A model generated the notes under the pieces. It saw only the letters and a program-made list of their open reading frames with translations, was not told the DNA's origin and ran no database searches. Positions 39,699 to 49,457 of a stretch of DNA of 64,000 nt are shown here, in pieces (the first letter of the stretch is position 1; each line of letters begins with the position of its first letter). Location: the IMG/VR virus record IMGVR_UViG_3300049027_000059, positions 1 to 64,000 of that record; one strand, 5' to 3'. Both the position numbers and the translations under genes were made by a program. The DNA comes from a virus.

Positions 39699-39881
39699 TT
39701 AAATATTAAGTGGCGAAATACGTCCAGCCAGCAGCATAATCAGTACAATTATCGCTGCCACGACAATAATAATTCTCAGAGCCTTGTTAAAAGGTTCAGG
39801 TACGCCAGAATAGCTCAGCAGCCAGATGACCAGTGCGAACACGGCGATGTAGATGATCAGGGTAATAATTAATGTTATCAT
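39699..39881 (-). CDS. two-TM small membrane protein, holin/antiholin candidate
   Basis: 60 aa. MITLIITLIIYIAVFALVIWLL...IIIVVAAIIVLIMLL. 4-nt overlap with the endolysin gene. Confidence 0.5.
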   Translation of the reverse strand: MITLIITLIIYIAVFALVIWLLSYSGVPEPFNKALRIIIVVAAIIVLIMLLAGRISPLNI

Positions 39882-40582
39882 TTGTATAATCCTAGTTTAA
39901 CTGCAGTGGCGTAACCTACTATACCATCCGATTTAAGCCCGTTTGCGGCCTGAAAGTCCTTCACAGCCTTCATCGTACCGTTTCCAAAAATGCCATCGTC
40001 TTTGATCTTGAGCGCTCTTTGTACAAGCACTGTAGGTGCCAGGAACACATACTTTGTATTAGGTATAAATTGCTTGGCGTTATATAAGGCTAGTAATTCT
40101 GACGTTTTATAACCGAAAGCCATCTCTACATGTGGCATATCAATAAAAGTACGCCAATCCCCACCCCAGGAGAATCCGTGTTTTTTAAAGATATTGGCAA
40201 TCTCTATCCAGTCTGCTTTGTGATCTCCGTCATAATCGCCGTTGGTATCCCATTTCGGCGTTTCGAATTTCATATCACCGTTAGTGTCCACTAGTAACAC
40301 GTAGTCTAAAGCCAAGCCGTATTGGTGGAATGACGTACCGGGCCTAGCGTTGGTGATGACATTGCCCATGGGTTTGGATTTACTCTTACCATCCGTATTT
40401 ACCTTCGACCTTCCCAGGTCATAGTATGCCTGCTGCACTTCGAAAGTTCTTAACCCTTCCTGAACTCGGCAAATCGCTTTACCAGTTAAAGCACAGCCGA
40501 TCTCCTGGTACGCATTAAGGGCGGACTGCACCACAAGCGGATGAAGCCCCATAATTTTTTCAATAGAGGACTGATCAGTCAT
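39878..40582 (-). CDS. endolysin: M15-type peptidase + peptidoglycan-binding domain
   Basis: SFHQYGLALDY, HGFSWGGDW..DMPH (Zn peptidase M15/VanY-like). C-terminal LKIKDDGIFGNGTMKAVKDFQAANGLKSDGIVG (PG_binding_1-like). Confidence 0.8.
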   Translation of the reverse strand: MTDQSSIEKIMGLHPLVVQSALNAYQEIGCALTGKAICRVQEGLRTFEVQQAYYDLGRSKVNTDGKSKSKPMGNVITNARPGTSFHQYGLALDYVLLVDTNGDMKFETPKWDTNGDYDGDHKADWIEIANIFKKHGFSWGGDWRTFIDMPHVEMAFGYKTSELLALYNAKQFIPNTKYVFLAPTVLVQRALKIKDDGIFGNGTMKAVKDFQAANGLKSDGIVGYATAVKLGLYK

Positions 40583-40827
40583 TTGAATTCCTTAAATAGT
40601 TTTTCCAGTGCTTTCTCGTTCATGAATAAGCTGGATTTTTTCAATTCGTGCATATCTTCCTGAATATTTTGTAACATAATATTCGTGGGTTGCAGCGTAT
40701 CCTGCATTTCTTCTTTCACAATGCCCTTTATGTACTCTCTATCTCGCCGGTTCTGCTGCCGGATGAACCATCCTATAAAGAGCCCGGCCAATGATACTGA
40801 TATACCTATTATAATACTATCCGCCAT
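40579..40827 (-). CDS. N-terminally membrane-anchored protein (spanin- or holin-accessory-like)
   Basis: 82 aa. IIIGISVSLAGLFIGWFI, then a charged coiled region. Confidence 0.45.
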   Translation of the reverse strand: MADSIIIGISVSLAGLFIGWFIRQQNRRDREYIKGIVKEEMQDTLQPTNIMLQNIQEDMHELKKSSLFMNEKALEKLFKEFK

Positions 40828-41248
40828 GATTTCTAACCCTTTCTAACATCTCCTTTCGGTATACTACCTTCCTGTGCGCGTCGCTGATTACCCGGATGAA
40901 GTCTTTACTAAAATTTTTGTTCTTAATTACGTACGCCCACGTATGGTATGTATTCTGTAAATGAGATATTAGCTCAGGATTATCGTCTCCGGAAGCTACT
41001 ACAATATAGGCCATAGGGAAATTTCTGTCGATTTTTTCAACGGCTTTTATAACGTCGAAATTCGGCATATTAATGTCCACAACGGCAATGTCCATCTCAT
41101 CTTCAATCAGATCGAGACGATCCATAAAATCTTCGCCTTTGTAAAACTGCTCTATATGGTACGCCTCGCCTGTCGATTCTAACAGCATACGCATAATGTT
41201 ACTAATGTCTTTGTCGTCATCTATTGACGTGACGAAGGTTCTGATCAT
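40817..41248 (-). CDS. stand-alone response-regulator receiver (REC/CheY-like) domain
   Basis: SIDDDKD (acidic pair), DIAVVDINMP (phospho-acceptor Asp), YIVVASGDD (Ser/Thr position), AYVIKNK (Lys). ATGA overlap with the tail-fibre stop. Confidence 0.7.
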   Translation of the reverse strand: MIRTFVTSIDDDKDISNIMRMLLESTGEAYHIEQFYKGEDFMDRLDLIEDEMDIAVVDINMPNFDVIKAVEKIDRNFPMAYIVVASGDDNPELISHLQNTYHTWAYVIKNKNFSKDFIRVISDAHRKVVYRKEMLERVRNHGG

Positions 41249-43908
41249 TTTTGTAATTCCTTAATTTTTGCTTCTAATACCTCAATTCGTTTCATAGCTT
41301 CCTGCACCACGATATTGACACCATACTGTATTTGCTGCTCATAAACTGATTTGAGGTTTGTACCGTCGTCGGCCTTACCGAAATTGCCTGCGTTGCTTAC
41401 CCATTCAGGATAGACGCTTTCTACCTGTTGAGCCATTACGCCCAAAAGGTTGCGTTGGTCTTTTTGGTCTTTGTATTGGTATTTATCAAACTCAATGGCT
41501 TTGATTATATCCCAATATGAACCTGCTTTAGTGATGTTCTTTTTTGCCCGGCTATCTGAAAGGTTTACGTTGTTAGCTTGATAATTGGCTATACCGCCGT
41601 TAGTATATACTGCAAATCTTTGGACGCTATTTTCCTCTGCGTAGTAAAAGTAATTGGTGCCGTTATTTTTAGTTGTATTGTGCCTAACCAGAAAACCATA
41701 CGGATCTGTGCCGGCATGACTTGAAATTACGGTAGCTGTAGTATTAGTATTACTAACAAATTCATGATATGCGCCTGTACTGCTTAAATACGTTCCAGTA
41801 TTTGACGCTTTGAAAAAGCCGTCTGAGGTGAAACGTGCTCGTTCTGCAGCTCCCGCCGCTGTCGTTTGAGTGAAAAACGAAAGATAACTGGCCGCGTTAC
41901 CTGAAGTTGCATTTTCTTTACCGCCTGTTATGCCCGAAAATACCTGAGAGCCCGTGCCGCTTTCTTGCCTGAAAGCTATACCACTCTTTGGAGAAGCATT
42001 GTACGCTTGATCGCTGGCAAGAATAGCATTAAAATACATTGATCCTGTTGAGCCGGGAGTACGATTTACAAAAATTGCCGTTGAAAATTCGTTATCTGTC
42101 CCGATAACCAGCCTACCTAAATTCGTATAAAAATTACCTGTGGTAGTGGTGTTTCCTGTAACGCTTAATGCCCCAGAAATGCCAGTTGCACCGTTATACG
42201 CTACTGAAAAAACCGAAGATGAATTATTAAGAATATTAAATAAGTAGCCAGTGCTTGCACTAAAGTTTGTGTTAAACTGATGCGCTCCCGAAGAAAAGCC
42301 TGTAGCGGAAGATATATTCGAAGCTCTTCGCGCTTCATAGACTATTCCCCCTCCGGTTGTTTCTGACGTGCCTATTAGATATGGGTAACCACCTCCTAAA
42401 GTAGTTAGAGATAACCCGGCATTTGTACTTGCACTGCGATTTGAAATAGATGTGATGTTACCACTTGCCGTAATATCAGATGCTCCAGTTAATGCGCCCC
42501 CAAACGTAGCTGTACTACTTGTTGCAAAAGGGGCTAATATCTTAACCAACGTTCCATCTATGTACAAATCTTGATTTACTGTTTGAGCAGCGTTTGTTGC
42601 GGCTAAATAACTCCCGTTCAGGCTTGTAAGCCATGGAATAAACCGAATACCTCCACTTGCACTGCTTGCAAAGAAAGCGTTTGTATTGCTTGCAACAACA
42701 GACGTTACTATATTCCCAAACGTAGCTGTACCAGTTTGTGATATTTTTAATGCATTTACTTGACTTCCCCCGTTGTAGACATCTATATTAAATCCACTGC
42801 TTGCATCCGTTCTAAATCCCCATATTCCATTTCCATCATTAAAAACATAATTAGGATTACCAGATACTGCCCCTATATTATTAGTGTTGGTTGATGTTGC
42901 AGACCCTTGTATATTACCAGAAGCAATATATCTGGTTCCTGACAGAGTTCCGGTAAGCGTCAACCCTGCAAAAGTGGGTGTGTTACTTGTTCCAATGCTT
43001 TGTGGCAAACTGAGGGTAACCGCTCCGGTACTGGCAGACGCTATAACCTGGTTTGATGTACCTGTGATTGACGTTACACCAGATGAAGAAGTTAAATAGC
43101 CACTATCATTATTCCACTGGGATATGTTACCTGACTTGTTTGTGAAAGTGTTCGTGCTGGTTGCCGTAACGTAGCCTGCATCATTAGTAAATGAACTGAC
43201 GTTGGTAGGAAAAGTTGCTAGAGACAAATCCCCGCGGAAATACTGAGAAGGACTGCCCGTTGTAATCGTAGACTGTTTCCCATCTAACGCTGTCTGAAGA
43301 CCACTAATCCTTGAAATAGCAAAGTTTGTGGCATTCAACCGTGACTTCGATACAAGCCCTGTGGACGAGGTTGTGTCCGCAACAACTGTCCTTGCCACGC
43401 TACCATCAAAGCTACTTCCTGTAAGCCCGTAACCGAACGATAAGGCGTTTGGAGTAGGAAAGGATGTAGGCGCTCCTGTGATCTTCCCCCATGCCAGTGA
43501 AGTGATCCAGGAAGGATTAGCATAAGAGCCTGACGTGTACACCCCATTGGTAACCGTTCCGGCGTTTCCACTAATCGATATATTCCAGGTGCCTGTTGCA
43601 CCGGTTCCGTTTTGCAAAGGATAAAACGACGAATAATCTCCTACCAAAGGCACCACTGCGCCTGTACGTGAGTTGAACGAGGTTACTCCGTCCCCGTCCT
43701 GCCCTACTGTAATCCACGCAGTACCATCCCAATACTGGAAGCCTACGCCTGTTTTGTAAAACATCATACCAGGCGTTCTGCCGGTGGTGGGATTGGTTGT
43801 TCCGTTAGGAGCGGCCAGACCGTTTATGAATTTGGTATTGGTCGTATTGTTCTGCTGGCCGTAGGCAAAGCTACTGAAGAGTAGCAATAAGGCTAATAAT
43901 TTTCTCAT
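41245..43908 (-). CDS. tail fibre with C-terminal S74 intramolecular chaperone domain
   Basis: C-terminus LSDSRAKKNITKAG...LLGVMAQQVESVYPEWV has the S74 pattern. Gly/Ser/Thr/Asn-rich repeats. Start set at the ATG at 43908 (ATGA overlap), giving MRKLLALLLLFSSFAYGQQ. Confidence 0.8.
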   Translation of the reverse strand: MRKLLALLLLFSSFAYGQQNNTTNTKFINGLAAPNGTTNPTTGRTPGMMFYKTGVGFQYWDGTAWITVGQDGDGVTSFNSRTGAVVPLVGDYSSFYPLQNGTGATGTWNISISGNAGTVTNGVYTSGSYANPSWITSLAWGKITGAPTSFPTPNALSFGYGLTGSSFDGSVARTVVADTTSSTGLVSKSRLNATNFAISRISGLQTALDGKQSTITTGSPSQYFRGDLSLATFPTNVSSFTNDAGYVTATSTNTFTNKSGNISQWNNDSGYLTSSSGVTSITGTSNQVIASASTGAVTLSLPQSIGTSNTPTFAGLTLTGTLSGTRYIASGNIQGSATSTNTNNIGAVSGNPNYVFNDGNGIWGFRTDASSGFNIDVYNGGSQVNALKISQTGTATFGNIVTSVVASNTNAFFASSASGGIRFIPWLTSLNGSYLAATNAAQTVNQDLYIDGTLVKILAPFATSSTATFGGALTGASDITASGNITSISNRSASTNAGLSLTTLGGGYPYLIGTSETTGGGIVYEARRASNISSATGFSSGAHQFNTNFSASTGYLFNILNNSSSVFSVAYNGATGISGALSVTGNTTTTGNFYTNLGRLVIGTDNEFSTAIFVNRTPGSTGSMYFNAILASDQAYNASPKSGIAFRQESGTGSQVFSGITGGKENATSGNAASYLSFFTQTTAAGAAERARFTSDGFFKASNTGTYLSSTGAYHEFVSNTNTTATVISSHAGTDPYGFLVRHNTTKNNGTNYFYYAEENSVQRFAVYTNGGIANYQANNVNLSDSRAKKNITKAGSYWDIIKAIEFDKYQYKDQKDQRNLLGVMAQQVESVYPEWVSNAGNFGKADDGTNLKSVYEQQIQYGVNIVVQEAMKRIEVLEAKIKELQK

Positions 43909-44441
43909 ATTGTTTGATACGCTACCCACAACGACTCTCCAGGAGAGAAGCCATAGTTTAATGTAATTTGTCCCGTTGCGTTGTCGAACTTGGCAAACTC
44001 GTTGTCCGGTCCGCCACTGTGTGCCCTGAGCACTGTTCCCGAACCTCTGTATACCGATAGCACGTTTTGACCGATCAGTTCAGGGAAGGTGTAAGATACT
44101 TCTCCCTCGTCAGGATACACGACTGCTGTTTGCGCAAATGATCCCGGCACAGAGATGATGGTTACCCCTTCAATTACCACTGTAGGATCGGAAGTAAACG
44201 AGCCGGTAAAGCTGCTCAGTAGTGACATTAACAGGTCGTAAGTACGTGTAGTGAGATCAGTGTTGTTTTCAGTTTCTACATCGTATTCCAGAGAAATGAT
44301 GGCCGCTGCCAGGCAGTTCAGTTCACTCGTTGTGCAAGCGAAGCATCCTTCCACCATTTTAGTTCGGATTTCTTCTAACTGCTGAGTATAGTATGCCCAC
44401 CCAAGTTCTATTTGATCAATTATTTCCGCGAACGTTGCCAT
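43905..44441 (-). CDS. virion-module hypothetical protein
   Basis: 178-aa ORF coupled to the tail fibre gene. Confidence 0.65.
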   Translation of the reverse strand: MATFAEIIDQIELGWAYYTQQLEEIRTKMVEGCFACTTSELNCLAAAIISLEYDVETENNTDLTTRTYDLLMSLLSSFTGSFTSDPTVVIEGVTIISVPGSFAQTAVVYPDEGEVSYTFPELIGQNVLSVYRGSGTVLRAHSGGPDNEFAKFDNATGQITLNYGFSPGESLWVAYQTI

Positions 44442-44443
44442 GG

Positions 44444-44923
44444 CTATTGCAGGATTAGATCAAGGAAAGAGTTGGCTGCATTGATGTCATTTTGCCAAGC
44501 CACGCTGTTTCCTGACGGAGCTGCATTAATAGCGCCGATGATGAATGCATTTGCTTCACACAAGTTACGGGCATTGGCCGCACCCTGGCAACACCCTGAT
44601 CCGAGAACCTTCTGTAACTTGTTATTGGTAATCCGCCTTAGCGGGAATTTTTGTGTCTTTTCATACTCCGCCACTCCCTGCAGCAAGCGTTCGGTAGTGA
44701 ACCACAGGTCTTTAGTTTGGTTATACGTAACGGTATTGGAGTCAAGAAAGCTGGATGTTTGCAAAATGTTGCCCTCAGCATCCTTGATGACGATGGTGTT
44801 AACGGTGAAATCTGATTTCACGTACCCCTCATCGTTGTCTCCGTAAGGAGAAGTATCCGTGAACGTTGATACACGTCCATCTGCAGATTGAGCTGCTGCG
44901 GTTGATGGTTCGAATGCTGCCAT
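44444..44923 (-). CDS. virion-module hypothetical protein
   Basis: 159-aa ORF. Confidence 0.65.
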   Translation of the reverse strand: MAAFEPSTAAAQSADGRVSTFTDTSPYGDNDEGYVKSDFTVNTIVIKDAEGNILQTSSFLDSNTVTYNQTKDLWFTTERLLQGVAEYEKTQKFPLRRITNNKLQKVLGSGCCQGAANARNLCEANAFIIGAINAAPSGNSVAWQNDINAANSFLDLILQ

Positions 44924-44939
44924 TGTGGTATAAAGATAA

Positions 44940-47900
44940 TTATTTTATTAAATCGTTATATTTTTCTTTTAACATTGCTTCTGAGTATTTATTTGCTCTG
45001 GATTTCAAAGCAGTATGAATGTCACTTTTTGGCTTTCCTGCTTCTTCCAAAGCTGCTTTCAACTCTGCACCGTACTGAAGAATAAATTCATCGTTCAGCT
45101 TCTGCCTTTCAGCAACTTGCTCGTCAGTTAATTTAATTTTTTCGCCATTCAACCCTTCTACAGTGTCGTTGGCAGGAAACTGAAGTTCGCGGTTAGGGTA
45201 GGCTGAGGTTCCCACGCCGAGCAAAGAAATAGGCAAATACTTGTACGGTACTTGCAGTTTGCTTGGATCGTTATCGACCATGGAAACTACCTTATCTGAC
45301 ACAGAGAGCGGCAGCATTTCCTTCCATACATCTTTGTAAGTGTACTTGTTGCCCAAATAGTCTTTACCGCGTGCTAGGTTTAACGTCATCGCTACAAACG
45401 GTGACAACTTGGACTCACCAAAACGAGACGCTACGCTTAACCCGGTAGGATCGTAGGACGTTTGCGGGTTAGTAAGGTCAAGTTGTTCACCGAAGGAATT
45501 CGTAGTACGACCGAGACGTTCCCGGGCACCAAAAGTTATATATTGACCGAAACCGCCCAGCACATCAAGGCGCGTATCACCGTCCCTCAGTTTCAGAAAG
45601 TCAGAACTTGTCGGATCATCTTCTACCTCGTATCCGCGTTGGGCTGCAGCCCATAGAACAACCGCTGCTGCAACCGCGAGTTTACCCATGTCTTTAACGT
45701 ATTCGCGTTTCACCTCGGCAGGTGTGTTACGCCACCATACCGGGTTGATTGGATTGGTAAGTAACCTTATACGGGACGCCATCAGACGAGGCGAGAACAA
45801 AGCAAAACTCAGGAAACCTTTCCAGCTTTCTACCGGTCCGAGGTCTCCACGGCCGGTCACTTCGTTGGCAAACCGGGCTGCCTCTTTAAATGCCTGGGGA
45901 TCGGACTCAAAAGTCTTTTCGTTAGCTTCCATTTGCATGGACAGCTTCATAAACACATCCACCCGTTGCATGTTCAAATAAGAGGCGTATGCACGTTCAC
46001 TACCTTTGACAATACCGCCTATTTTTTTGATCTCCTTGCCGGATATTTTTTTAATGGCTTTAGTGGCCGCTTCCGGAATAGCACTTTCTTTTCCGTAATA
46101 CGGGATGTGATTTATCCAGTTTGACTGAAAAGCCTCTTCCCGGGCTGTCAGCTTAGGGTTTTTGATGTCAGCAATATAAAGACCTGCATCGAGCATTTTT
46201 GCGTACTCAGGACTGCTCTGCAGGTCATACATCCACCGATTGTACCGCTTCTCCGATACGGTCTGCCGTAACATCTCCCAAAACATTCTTACGCCTTTGG
46301 TAGGGTTACGTGATATCGTGTTTGAGACAGTGCGTACAAGGCCTTGACGCAGAACGGCGGATAAGTCAGCAGTGGCTTTGGCGGCCCGGAACAAACCGGA
46401 GACTTCTCCTAACGTATCCCATAGTTTTTCTTCCGGTTCACGCCTAGCTAATTCATCTTTATACATGGCCACGTCGTACTCGTATTTCGCTTTTTCTAGC
46501 GCATCGCGCAGTTCCAGGGCCTCTTCGTCCAGTTTGATAACCTGACGCTTCATCTTTTTAAAGTCCTTGGCATTGGTGCGATTACGCAACTCTTCTATCC
46601 GGTTACGGGTACGTGTTTTGAAGGATTTTAAACGGGGGTCTGATCCTCCGGCAATTATTGCTTTGATGTGATCGACCGTTAAGTCTTCAACGGTATCTTT
46701 CAGTTCTGCATATATTGAATCAGCTACTTCCTGTACAGAGAGTACACCGCTTTCAGCGTACAGCTTGGCCAGCTTTAGCACATCGCCGACCATTTCCACC
46801 GGGATCGGATTAGCGCTAAGGGTAGACCTTTGATTCTTTAGTTTTTTACGGATAGCCTCAAGAGTATCAGCGATATCCTTTTGAATAGCTTCACGCTTAC
46901 GTACCTGTCCTGCTTTTTTCTGCTCACGAACCAAACGTTTATAAGCGGCATCGGATAAGTTATCCACGTTCTTGGCTTCCAGTTCTGCAATTTTTGCTTC
47001 TAGCTCGGCCACCTTTGTGTCGTATGCTTCTGTCTTCGATGAGATATCCTTGTACTGCCTGGTCACCTCGTCTTGTTGCGCCCCGGTAAGTGCTTTTCCG
47101 CCGTTAGCATCGAATTTGCGAATGAACATGTTGGCCAGCGAGAAGTCCTGCAGCATTTTAATCTTACGGGCGTTGAAAGCACGCGCCTGTATAGTACCGG
47201 CTTTTTTACTTGCCAGGAATGAGTCATTCAACTCATTTAGGGTTTGGGTACGTTGCGCAATCAAACTCTTCATCGCTGTCTCGTTATCTACCGATTTGGT
47301 AATTTCAGCGTCGATATTGGTGAGTTCTTTATCTTTGGTAAGTTGGTACTGCTTTAGAGCAACCACCTCTTCCGGAGTCACTGCTTTGCCCTTGTCCTTG
47401 TTGAGAATGTCATCGATCAGTTGTTTGGCGTCGAAACCTTCTTCCCGGATCGCAGTAGTTGTTTCATCCACTAACGCTTCTTGCGATTGCGGGGTAACTG
47501 CGTCAAACTCGCCCAGGCCTAATTCTACACGGCGCGCTTCGACATCTGCGTTTTTTAACGCTGTGCCCTCTTCCGGAGAACTTTCACTTTCCTCGGCAAT
47601 GACTTCAGGTCCTGCTGGGGGTATTCCTTCCGCCATTTCTCCGCTATCTCCGGGTACTGGCTGTACAGGAACTTCATCTGCTGTTTGCTCTTGAATGGCA
47701 TTTTCTTCAGGGTTAATAACAGGTTCATTTTCAATATTTTCCTCTATGTTCACCTCATTCATAAGGGGAACATCAGCTGATTTAGGCAAGCTATCGCCCA
47801 TCACGTCATCGAACCGGGATTTCAGGTCATTGAACTCAGCCTCGCTGATCTGACGTGCGTTTTTAGCGTCAGTAAGGCGTTTCATAGACGCCTCGTATTT

Positions 47901-49457
47901 AGCCACTTTATTGTTTACCTGCTTCAAGGCAGAAAGGTCATCTTCCGCTTTAGTCAGTACAGCTTCCTGCAACTTGGTTGAAGTTTCCTCCAACACGTCT
48001 AGCTTATCCTGCGCTACTTGCAGCTGACTGGTCAGTGCTTCCTTGGTTCCCGGGGATATGCTGGAATTTTCGAGTGACGTTTCGATGCTGGCAATCTGTT
48101 GCTGCAGCTCGGCTGCCTGCGCTTGTTCTTTTTCAGGTAAAGCCGCTAATTTTGCTTCCGCTTGATCTGATATCTTAGCAATGCGGTCATTTACCTTTTC
48201 CAGTTCGTCAGCCAGTTGGTCTTTTACCGTATCGTCCAGATCATCGTTATCCAGATCGTTGACCAGATCGTTTCGTAACTGTACCTCTTTAGAGATAGCC
48301 TGTTTTTGTTTTGAGTTGTATATGCCCGACAAAGAGTTTCCTACAGTCTGAATGCCGCCCCCGGTCACTCCCCCGATAATGCCCGCGTCGATAATTCCTT
48401 GGGTAATGTCCAGATCAGGATTAATAGTGGCTTTATCCACGATGTTCTGAGACAACTGCGTGCTCATTTCTTCTATGGCGTTCTTCACTGTAGAAGTTAG
48501 TGGCTGTACACGTTTAACTGCTTTCTCCACGTAGCCGGTCACGAAATCTTTAGCTATTTTAGCAGCAGCTTCCTTGCCGTCTTTGGTAAAAGACAAAATC
48601 ACGTTATCCAGTATGGCTTTAGTACCGAACTCCTGGTCAAACACTACCTCGGACAGGCCGTTCATTGCGGCATTAATAGGTTTTATGTAAGCAGGGACAT
48701 CATCCCGGCCTTCTAGTTCAGCGTTCTTGGAAGAGGAAAATGGAAGGGAATTAACGAGCGTTTTCCCTACTTTGCCCAGTTTGGCTGCAGACCCGGCACC
48801 GCCCGTCAGGTACATTCCTGCAATGGACGGTGCAGAGCCTGCAATGTTGTTCAACACCTGTTCGCCTGCATCTTTATAATTCCCGCTTTTGATTGACTCA
48901 AAAACGCCCTTATCATATTTTTTAACCTGATCTTCGTACTCTTTGGCGTTAGCCTGAGAAGCCATTCCTAAAAACCGCAAATTAGAAAGGGGAGATTGGT
49001 ATCCGGTAGAGTTAACAAACTCATCGTAGTCGGCTTTCCATTCGGGATGATTCGTCAGTTCGGCTATGGCGTTCTGTGGAACAGAAGCCAGATCGAAGAT
49101 CATTTTAGGGGCTTTGAACAGCCCTTCGTTGAACTTATTAAGTCCGGCCATGAATGAAGCACCCATGCCGCCATCTGCTTCTTTTTTATCAGGCTGCGAG
49201 GCGACTGCTGCTTTTCTTCTTTTTACGGTTTCCAGGGCTTTTTGCCTTGCTTCGCCTATTAACACGGACGGGATAGGCAGAGGGGAAGTCTGGAAAGCCT
49301 CGTAGCCACTTTTTAATGGCTTTCCAGTATTCTCTGATACAGACGATGAGCCTTTTTTTTTTAATTCCGTTCCGCCAAATTCTGCAAACGGATCAGGGCC
49401 GGTCTCTTTAACGGCTTTGCCTCCGAACTCTTTGAAAGGGTCTTGTTGCTCTGCCAT
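44940..49457 (-). CDS. very large virion-associated protein (coiled-coil; tape-measure or ejection-protein-like)
   Basis: 1505 aa. N-terminal DPFxEFGG repeats, long coiled coil, and hydrophobic segments near the C-terminus. Confidence 0.75.
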   Translation of the reverse strand: MAEQQDPFKEFGGKAVKETGPDPFAEFGGTELKKKGSSSVSENTGKPLKSGYEAFQTSPLPIPSVLIGEARQKALETVKRRKAAVASQPDKKEADGGMGASFMAGLNKFNEGLFKAPKMIFDLASVPQNAIAELTNHPEWKADYDEFVNSTGYQSPLSNLRFLGMASQANAKEYEDQVKKYDKGVFESIKSGNYKDAGEQVLNNIAGSAPSIAGMYLTGGAGSAAKLGKVGKTLVNSLPFSSSKNAELEGRDDVPAYIKPINAAMNGLSEVVFDQEFGTKAILDNVILSFTKDGKEAAAKIAKDFVTGYVEKAVKRVQPLTSTVKNAIEEMSTQLSQNIVDKATINPDLDITQGIIDAGIIGGVTGGGIQTVGNSLSGIYNSKQKQAISKEVQLRNDLVNDLDNDDLDDTVKDQLADELEKVNDRIAKISDQAEAKLAALPEKEQAQAAELQQQIASIETSLENSSISPGTKEALTSQLQVAQDKLDVLEETSTKLQEAVLTKAEDDLSALKQVNNKVAKYEASMKRLTDAKNARQISEAEFNDLKSRFDDVMGDSLPKSADVPLMNEVNIEENIENEPVINPEENAIQEQTADEVPVQPVPGDSGEMAEGIPPAGPEVIAEESESSPEEGTALKNADVEARRVELGLGEFDAVTPQSQEALVDETTTAIREEGFDAKQLIDDILNKDKGKAVTPEEVVALKQYQLTKDKELTNIDAEITKSVDNETAMKSLIAQRTQTLNELNDSFLASKKAGTIQARAFNARKIKMLQDFSLANMFIRKFDANGGKALTGAQQDEVTRQYKDISSKTEAYDTKVAELEAKIAELEAKNVDNLSDAAYKRLVREQKKAGQVRKREAIQKDIADTLEAIRKKLKNQRSTLSANPIPVEMVGDVLKLAKLYAESGVLSVQEVADSIYAELKDTVEDLTVDHIKAIIAGGSDPRLKSFKTRTRNRIEELRNRTNAKDFKKMKRQVIKLDEEALELRDALEKAKYEYDVAMYKDELARREPEEKLWDTLGEVSGLFRAAKATADLSAVLRQGLVRTVSNTISRNPTKGVRMFWEMLRQTVSEKRYNRWMYDLQSSPEYAKMLDAGLYIADIKNPKLTAREEAFQSNWINHIPYYGKESAIPEAATKAIKKISGKEIKKIGGIVKGSERAYASYLNMQRVDVFMKLSMQMEANEKTFESDPQAFKEAARFANEVTGRGDLGPVESWKGFLSFALFSPRLMASRIRLLTNPINPVWWRNTPAEVKREYVKDMGKLAVAAAVVLWAAAQRGYEVEDDPTSSDFLKLRDGDTRLDVLGGFGQYITFGARERLGRTTNSFGEQLDLTNPQTSYDPTGLSVASRFGESKLSPFVAMTLNLARGKDYLGNKYTYKDVWKEMLPLSVSDKVVSMVDNDPSKLQVPYKYLPISLLGVGTSAYPNRELQFPANDTVEGLNGEKIKLTDEQVAERQKLNDEFILQYGAELKAALEEAGKPKSDIHTALKSRANKYSEAMLKEKYNDLIK

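Noticed and set aside
46972-47694. 240-aa ORF on the plus strand inside the 1505-aa virion gene
   Set aside because: It is antisense to a long, clearly coding coiled-coil region. The translation is Ser/Ala/Cys-rich low complexity, typical of the reverse frame of Glu/Lys/Ala-rich coding DNA. It has no start context.
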